From Rhodosorus marinus CCMP1338 (Eukaryota > Plantae > Rhodophyta): a DNA stretch of 64,000 nt. The notes beneath the pieces were generated by a model. That model worked only from the letters and a program-made list of their open reading frames with translations, was not told the DNA's origin and did not search any database. Below, piece after piece: positions 56,471 through 64,000 of the stretch; positions within the stretch are counted from its first letter, which is position 1; each line of letters opens with the position of its first letter. Position numbers and translations under genes: made by a program. The DNA is taken from contig JAMWBK010000001.1 of the NCBI GenBank assembly GCA_029953675.1, forward strand, positions 1,178,001 through 1,242,000, in the 5' to 3' direction.

Positions 56471-59332
56471 ATGAGTTGGACCCGAAGCACGAATGTCTCG
56501 GGAGGACAGAGCCTCTCCACATTTCGACTCTTTGCGAGGTCTTAAGAGGCGTCGAGAAGTCGAGAAATGAGTTTATTTCTGAAGGGGAAGTCGATACTGT
56601 TTTGAAAGGTTTTATAAACGGCAAGTGTTTGGGGCGATATGGAGCCGTTAGTCTGGGGTTATCAGAAACCAGCAAGAATCCTTCCAAGCAGCCAGAGGAC
56701 GTTTTTTGGGGCTTCAGCGAAAATCGGCGCGCTGAGTTAGTGAGGTTTTCGGTCTCATGGCGAACTTTATCCTTAGCAACCTCACTGTGAGGGCGAATTG
56801 CTCCTTCCTATTCACGCTTGACTCACCTATACTCGACCGGTGGGGCAAGGTGCGTTTGTCCAATGTCCAATTGAATCTTTTTGGGGGTTATGAGTAACAA
56901 TACGTTAAGAACGTTACGCAGCGAGCAATGCGAAATAGGAGCGAAGAATAAAAGCGTGTAAGCCAAGTCCGCGGTAGCGAGCCTCGGCTAACAAGCGGGT
57001 AGAATAACGCCAAACGGCGATGTTCTGGGCTTGAATTTTCAAGATAAACAAATCATATATACAAGATAAGGCTGAAACCTGAGCGCCAATCCTCAGCGCA
57101 GGGGAGGCTGGCCATGCTCTCGGCACAACGGTTGTTCCTCCTGTCGGCTGGGCTTACTTGGACTGCGCGATGTACTTCAAAACAGTTTTTGATGAGCTCT
57201 TATCTCCAGTTCGCCTAGATGGAAAAGGTTGGTACTGAAACATGAAAGTGAAGTACCACGCCGTTTTGGATCAGGGCTATGTCGGTTTCATCAGCACTGA
57301 GTGGTAATTCGAAGTGGTTTCTTCAAGAAGCCAGTGCTGGTCAAGGCAGTATCTAGCGCACCGGAGAACAACACTCACCACGGAGATGATTCCGTCGTTT
57401 CGTGAATACTGATACCGTATCCAGACTTGTCGAGTTTGCATATCTCTCTGTATGCTATTGCTCGCGCGTTAAACCGTAAGTCGTTGATAACATACAACGA
57501 TTCCGACCCCTGGCTCCTGAGAGCACGAGCACGCACATTGGTTTCTAATTATGTGAGTGCTTGACTAATATGTCAGCTAATTACAGCTTCCATCACCTAC
57601 TTCCTGAGGCATACCGTTCCCGTCTACCCTCACCAAGCCCAATCGTAAAGATTGATTTCCACCATTTGCCAAACCAGCTACCCGACAAATCTTTCCAACA
57701 TTGATTGAACCATACCCCCAATAGATTGAACCAAATTGTCAATTTGTTTTGTGGTGTTTTTCCTCCCTAGTTCGACCGAAGTTAAGAAAAGAGACTATAA
57801 TCTAAATAAATTAAATAATTCAAATGATATTTCAGTATGAGAATGTCTGAAAGGGGGGTGACGAAAAGATTTATTTTTTGTTGTACGATTGTCAGCATTG
57901 ATTGAATTCAGACCGATTGATTGAATAGCCCGTCCGGCAGATGAAGGATGGGTACCAAAAACGTTGAATTAATTTTAATAATATATGTAACCTTTGATTT
58001 TACTAGATTCCAGCGGGGTGGTGAAGATGGCTATTTTTGGGAGTGTGTGACTGTCGGCCCGTTGAGGTAGTTGCTTTTAGATCGTTTTTCTACAAGGAGT
58101 ACGCAGCGAGGCCCCTTAGCAAGGGGCCTGGGGTTGTGGTACTCAAAACGATTCTGTGCCCCCGTGGTTGCTGCTAGGGTCAAAATTTCGAGGATTGGGT
58201 ATGATTTGCTGTAGAAGGAGTCCCAAGCTCCTGAAAGTGTGATGATAGCTGCTGTCTTTTACTCGTCGACTTTTGACATGGAACCTCTAAACTTGGAAAT
58301 CCTAGAAGAAAATCGTGAAATTAGGACCCCCCGCTTTTCGTTCGTTAACGATGTCAATATGGGAGCCCTTGGACAAGCAGCGTTCTTTAGCGCCACAGTT
58401 GGTGGTTGCCATGAATAGAACAACTACCCCAACGCGTTCTGCGGCCAGTGAAGTTGGACTCGGTTCAAAATCATTACGTGAACAGGACTCTATTGTGAGC
58501 TTTATGGTTTGTTTTTTGTGCCACTATGTCGCTGCATCGAACATGGACGAAGCGGGTCGAATTTTGCCGTCGGTGTCGGTCATGCAGTCCTCATCAGCAA
58601 AGTAACCCCTGTCACCTGGTGAGCAGTGAGCTGTAGAGCCGTAAAAGACAATGGCTAGTACTTAATTATAATGTAGGTTCGATGATTAGCATTGATTTTT
58701 GGTGCTGTCAATACCGCTAAACAGCGTGCAAGCACGGACAAACCACAACTACAGTCCTCATGAAAAAACCTCACCACGTCCGACACCCGCTTCAAGCTCC
58801 AATGTACGCCATAAATGAAAAAATCAAGCAGAAAGCTTAAAAAATTCCCAGAGTAAACTGAAACCGACAGAAAGGAGCCGCTATACGTTCCCAGACAACC
58901 CGCCCATTCCACAAAACTCGACAAAAGCATCCTGTGCAGTTTACTATCAGCAAACAGAGTGTCTCCATCATCGCCAAAACTATGAACTCCTCCGACTCAG
59001 TGAAATTATTCTGCGAAACCCATACTTTGTTGACCAAGACAACGCGCGCACTCTCTTCAGCGTTCGCTGGCAACCGCGCTCTCTCTCTCGTCCCCAGTGC
59101 AACAAATAAATTCTTAGCCGATCTTATACAGTAGAAAGCGTATATATGTTTTAACATTTCATTATTTATATCGTTAATAAAGATGTATTTACTTAATATC
59201 GTGTTAACGGATATAAACAGCACAGATTGTCTTTGCCGACAAACGCATCGGTTAGGTGCCGTTGGCAGGTCAGTACGGAGGAGGTTGAGGAGCTCTACGT
59301 AACAGCGACGGGAAACAGTGATAGTACATGAC

Positions 59333-59340
59333 TATAAATA
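59333..59340 (+). promoter_or_regulatory. TATA box of the Hint gene
   Basis: TATAAATA about 120 nt upstream of ATG 59460. Confidence 0.45.
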
Positions 59341-59459
59341 GGCCCAAAGTATGGCCTTCTGGTTGTGAAGTGGTTATGTTCTAGAGAAGTGCACAGTAAA
59401 TGGGTTTTCTGAAGACAAAGATTAGTATTGAAGAAGAGGTCGTTTTGAAGTGAGGAAAG

Positions 59460-61018
59460 ATGACCAAGTGCATGGTTTTGATGTTACTTTTGGGTCTGAT
59501 CGTCGGATCCAGGGCAACGGGTGAACTTAATAAGAAGCTTACGGTTAGCCCTGTGGCGGCGTGGACTCCCGTTCAGGAGATAATGTATCCGAGTTCCGGT
59601 GTGTGTGTGGACTCTGTTCTAATTAAATGGCGGTTGACGAATGAGCCGGTTCAAGACTTCGACTTCCGGTATAGACTCTACCCTGTCACGTCGCTGCATT
59701 TTGGTGCCGTTTGCACATCTGAAGATTCTGCCTATTCCTCAGCAATCTTCTATAACTCATTTGTAAGCACAATCGGGAATCGGAGTGATTTTTGCTCATT
59801 CTCGCGCGCTGAACCGACCTGTCTCTTCCCTATTGCTTCCTTCAGAACTATGCGGACGTTCCCGGCATTATGGACAGTTTATCGTATGTTCTGTTGGACG
59901 ATGATGTTGGCGGGTTTGTCTATGAGCTCATGACCATGAAGACATCGATCACTTACTATTTTAACCAAGAGATCAACTGTTCTGGAGATGTTGGGTTCTC
60001 TGCGACGGTGAACAGTCAGGACTACTCTCCCGAGAACCCTGTCTCAAATCCCATTGGATTTGTCTTCACGGGTGAGTTCCATGAACCATGTTGCGGGCGA
60101 ACACATCTGACCTCAACCCTCTCCTTTTTTATCTGTCTGTTTGTCTGCTTGACAGCTCAGGAAGGAATGATGCTCAACGGATACGTGTTCCAGGCCGGTG
60201 TCAGATACTTGAACTATATCTTAATGGACAGCAACGGATATGTGGAAAGATTTTGCTCTTACGTTGATGAGTGTGCACCAACTTCAACTCCAACGGCAAT
60301 TCCGACGCAGTCTCCAACCCCGACCCCTACCCCAACGCAGACGGCGACGCAGACTCCTACCCCAACACAGACGGCGACGCAGACTCCTACCCCAACGCAG
60401 ACGACGGCACCGACTGAGACTCCAATCGAGACACCGACGGCGTCGCCGTCGCCTTTTGCAACGCCAGTGTGCTTCCCTGCGGACGCCGTTGTGGAACTTG
60501 AGGATGGATCACTCAAGACGATGCCCGAGCTCGTCGTTGGAGAATCCGTCCGAGTCGGACCTGAGGACTTCTCTGAGGTGTTCTTCTTTGGACACCGTGA
60601 CGGCGATGAGACGGCGGAGTACGTTAAGCTGCACGGGGAGAACGACGTATCCGTGAGCCTCTCCAGCCTCCACTACATCTACGCCAACGGCGTTCTCGTC
60701 AGCGGCTCCCACGTCAAGCTGGGTGACGTACTAAGTCTTTCCAATGGGCAAACGTCGAAGGTCATCGCGATCAGCAAACAGCCCATGACCGGCGCATTCG
60801 CTCCGCATACTCTTCACGGAGATATCGTCGTCAACGGCGTCATCGCTTCGAGCTACACTCGCGTCGTTCACCCTAACCTCGCTCATAAACTCCTGGCTCC
60901 AATCAGATTCCTTTACCGTATAGGATTCCCATCTCTCACCTTCCTGGAGAAGAGCTCCAGAGCCAACTTCGTTACAACCATGCGCCTACCAACCGGGCCG
61001 CCCTCTTTTCAGGTCTAG
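59460..61018 (+). CDS. Secreted Hedgehog-type Hint (Hog) autoprocessing protein, 463 aa; exons 59460-59762, 59846-60071, 60156-61018
   Basis: Intron 1 is GTAAGC...TTCAG (83 nt) and restores the frame; intron 2 is GTGAGT...CTGAC...GACAG (84 nt, in frame). Signal peptide, Thr/Pro linker, then V|CFPADAVV (Cys codon 60470), SSLH, GDIVVNGVIASSY and an SRR-like AHKLLAPIR. Confidence 0.88.
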
Positions 61019-61165
61019 AACAAAGAACCAATCCATAATACCTAACTATAGAAATTCTCGTCTACATATTACCTATTCTATAGTATATAATAAAAATGGG
61101 AGGATTTGTTCGTATTATATGAACACTATAATTCATAATTTAGACTATACTTACCTCATTTTCTC

Positions 61166-61903
61166 TGACGGATATCGAAGTGCGTACTTCACTGCGCTTA
61201 TACCTCGGCTTACATCAGCCCCCTTGGCCGTACGAGATGGGTTCGTCGTGCCCTCTCTGCTCTCAGACTGAAGACAACGCAGATTTTGGCGCCCACCTGC
61301 TCGCTAGTTGCCCGGCGGTGAAAGGTGCTCGAACCCGCCGCCACACACGGATCTTGAACCTGTTATACGGGGAACTTCGGCCTATAGTCCGGCAAGCCGG
61401 TCTGGAAATCGAACGTGAGAAACCTTTACCCGTCGCGGACTTTCAAAATGATGAACGCCGTGTAGCCGACCTGGTGATCACCTGTGACGACAGCCGCCGT
61501 ACCACATACGTTGATCTTGCTGTTCCTAACCCTCAAGCTAGTCGTTATCTCCCGGCTGCGGGGGAGCGCCGTGGATCTGCCGCCGCCAGCATGAGACGCC
61601 GCAAAGAGATCAAATACGCGGGGGCTTTGTCTTCCCCTGGTGTTCGTGCTTCGGCACTAGCACATCGCTTGGTACCCCTGATCATTGAGTGCTTTGGGTT
61701 CATGGACTCTGTTGGTTCTCGCTGGCTTCGGGAGTTGTTCCGCGAACGCCCTGACCGTCTTCAATCGTTGTTTACCCGCTTAAGTTTCCTGCTGTGGCGC
61801 ATGAATGCCGCTTTGATGTTGGAGGCGCGAGTACTTCGCCGCGCTTAGTCTTTTTTTACCCTCGGGGTTTTTTTTTCAGCCTCCGATTGAACCATTCATT
61901 CAA
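61166..61903 (+). mobile_element. 5'-truncated family B copy (CCHC + RLE + 3'UTR)
   Basis: ORF 61180..61848 is almost identical to the C-terminal part of 24466..25758; ends AACCATTCATTCA. Confidence 0.92.
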
Positions 61904-62949
61904 CAACAGTGGGGAATGAAGAAAGTTTCTATTTTCTGATAGTATTTGACTTAGTTTATGTCGCATTCACCGGCGTTTTGTGGAGGTCAGGCTATCGAGG
62001 TCAGGCATAAACGGTTTTAAAGCATTAGCGGTGGCGCTTGGAAGAGGCTTCACCGCATGACCATCCCATGCGTCGTGATAAGAACATGCAGGTCAGTGGT
62101 TTGAGGGAAGCGAAGGATAGCACAACAAAAGATTAGGTCTGCGTCGTCGCCACGCGCGTTTGCCGAAGCTCGCAGGTCTACCTGCCTCTCGATTCTCGAA
62201 CTGTTCGGTGTTCTCTTGACACTTTTGTGAGTCGGACGCTCATATGAACGCCTGCATTCCAAGACGGTCATATAAAACTGTGCCAAGGTCGTCGTCGTGC
62301 TGAGTGCAAAATGGGTATCCGTTTCGATAAGCGGTAACGATTTTTGTCAACTTCCCCCATCTCCCATCTTGATCTTCACCAAGAAGCGGAGGTTAGGCGG
62401 TGTTTTTGTTAACACAGCTTGAAGCTCTACGCGGGGCGTACTGCGAACTCGTACCAGAGAATAAAGATCTCAAGTCAAGGCGGTGGTATAAGCCTCGCCT
62501 AGTATTCTCCAGGGACACCGAACCCACGTAAGTGTATTGGAAATCCTGCAGGATGTTTCAATAAGGCGTTCGCAAAGTCGTTCCAAGCTTGAGCTCTCAG
62601 GTGACGGAGCAGGGGGAATTCTTAGCCTCGCTTATTTGCTTTTCTTGACCAGCCATAGAATACATGTGATAACTTGAAGCAACCGGTCGCTAGTTCACAT
62701 TACGCCTTGTGTAGCGCTTAAGGGTACTTGTAAAACTTCTATCGTTCGTATGTTGAATGATTATCGAAATCATCCAGATCCAACGGTTGATCGCATATCA
62801 ACTACATTACACGGCCTACCTTGCCATGGTGGACGATCTGGTGGTCCCAATCTTCACTCTTGCTTGTATTCACTCCGTGACTGGTGGGTGGCAGTGGTAC
62901 CTGGCCTACAGACATCCTTATGAAGCATCGTGAGGAGTACTCGCGATCC

Positions 62950-63420
62950 CAGATGTTGGAGAATATTCGTCAGCCCCTTAGAGTTCCGCACCCACAGAGT
63001 CCGGCCCATGAAGTATGCTCATACTGCCATCGTTCTCATAATCGGTATGGATGACAGCGAAATCATTAATTGCCAGTTATCCCGCGGAATTTGAGTTTAC
63101 CTCACAATAACCTTGTCAACCAATTGGCTACGCTCCTCAGAGAGCGAGGATTCGAGCAGGTACTGGTCGAGTCCGGGCCTGTTAGCGTAGGGTACGCGTA
63201 TATGGAGCCAATGTTGAGGCTATCCATCCGGTCCCCAAAACAATTGTCCCTCTTCGATATCACTGCAGCAAGCCCCCGACGCGGTTCCATAGACAACGTG
63301 CTGTTGTTAGGTCGCACCGAGACTGGATACAAAGAGGGACTTGAGCTCGGAAGGGTGGCATACGAATCAAGATCAATTTTCCAAGAATTCAACTCCTGCC
63401 CTTCTAACAGAAGTTGTCTC
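62950..63420 (+). pseudogene. Degenerate zinc-knuckle/RLE region of a fourth lineage (family D)
   Basis: CSYCHRSHNRYG...HNNLVNQLATLLRERGFEQVLVE...FDITAASP. Confidence 0.5.
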
Positions 63421-63559
63421 AAGGCGCGTACCGGGCGCGGACCCTCTGATCCTCCTCGCAAGAAGCCAACGACCCAGCGAAATCAGACGAATCCACCAAG
63501 GACAAAGTGCGCGTCAAGGCTAAGGAGTTTGTGGGAAGCTGAGGTATACGGATCGGCTT

Positions 63560-64000
63560 TGAGCATTGGGGCCAACACAGTGCCGCTCACGCAATCTTGC
63601 TCAACTCTCCCCTCGGTTTCGGTTTCCTCGGTTTCGGTTTGCGTAGAATTTTAGGTAATGCTAACAATAATCGCGAGGTAGCTCTGTCTTGTACGAACTC
63701 TCTTTTCGCTTTTTAATAAAGGAGACCGGGCTTAGCTACCAACACTCGCGCACCAAGAATTTTTTTCGTCGCGCAAGCGACTTTTCCCTTCATGCGGACT
63801 GTTGCGAGGTCTCCGCACGAGGCGCCACACTCGTCTCAAGTACATCCTAAGCGAATGTTTAACTCGGATAGGGCATACGGTTGAGGTGAAATCGGAACTA
63901 CCCAGATCGGTCTCGGACGCGGCGCCGGCCCGCTGTATCGCAGATCTTCTTGTCTGAGGCCCTGCCGCCCGACGCTCAGCATATGTTGACCTCGCGATTA
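63560..64000 (+). mobile_element. A2-type internal fragments running to the window end
   Basis: GGGGCCAACACAGTGCCGCTCACGCAATC; CATGCGGACTGTTGCGAGGTCTCCGCACGAGG...CTAAGCGAATGTTTAACTCGG. Confidence 0.8.

Noticed and set aside
60290-60450. DNA minisatellite
   Set aside because: It is the coding Thr/Pro linker of the Hint protein.
60470-60860. Intein
   Set aside because: No terminal His-Asn plus nucleophile; an SRR-like segment follows, so it is Hog-type.

Overview
Eukaryotic, repeat-dense 64 kb window. Spliceosomal GT-AG introns and a secreted Hog/Hint protein suggest a unicellular alga or other protist, possibly a red alga; this is inference only. Roughly half of the window derives from non-LTR retrotransposons with a restriction-like endonuclease (CRE/SLACS/MoTeR-like), in at least four lineages: A (subfamilies A1 and A2), B, and remnants C and D. 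Families A and B are bicistronic: an ORF1 with an RRM-like region, then an ORF2 with RT (YHDD motif), a CCHC knuckle and the endonuclease. The main signal is how family A ends. Its copies terminate in GGCTATGCTA plus a variable number of telomere-like 10-nt units (A1 mostly AGTAAAGTCC, A2 mostly A(G/A)TAAAGCCC). Copies attach in register to sequences resembling that tail, with visible TSDs of 9 and 15 bp, including a 16-nt tail-only insertion, and they build head-to-tail arrays. A nearly intact family B element sits inside the terminal motif of a family A copy, flanked by a 12-nt direct repeat. Host genes are three paralogous secreted proteins of about 455-480 aa (Cys-rich N-domain plus a lamin-tail-like C-domain), a 204-aa single-domain relative, a 184-aa peptide-precursor-like protein, and a 3-exon 463-aa Hog (Hint) protein. 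Also present are two long imperfect palindromes, a hairpin-seeded 16-mer minisatellite, a copia remnant and several local duplications. I recognised no rRNA, tRNA or CRISPR array. All analysis was by eye; boundaries are approximate unless exact junctions are quoted.
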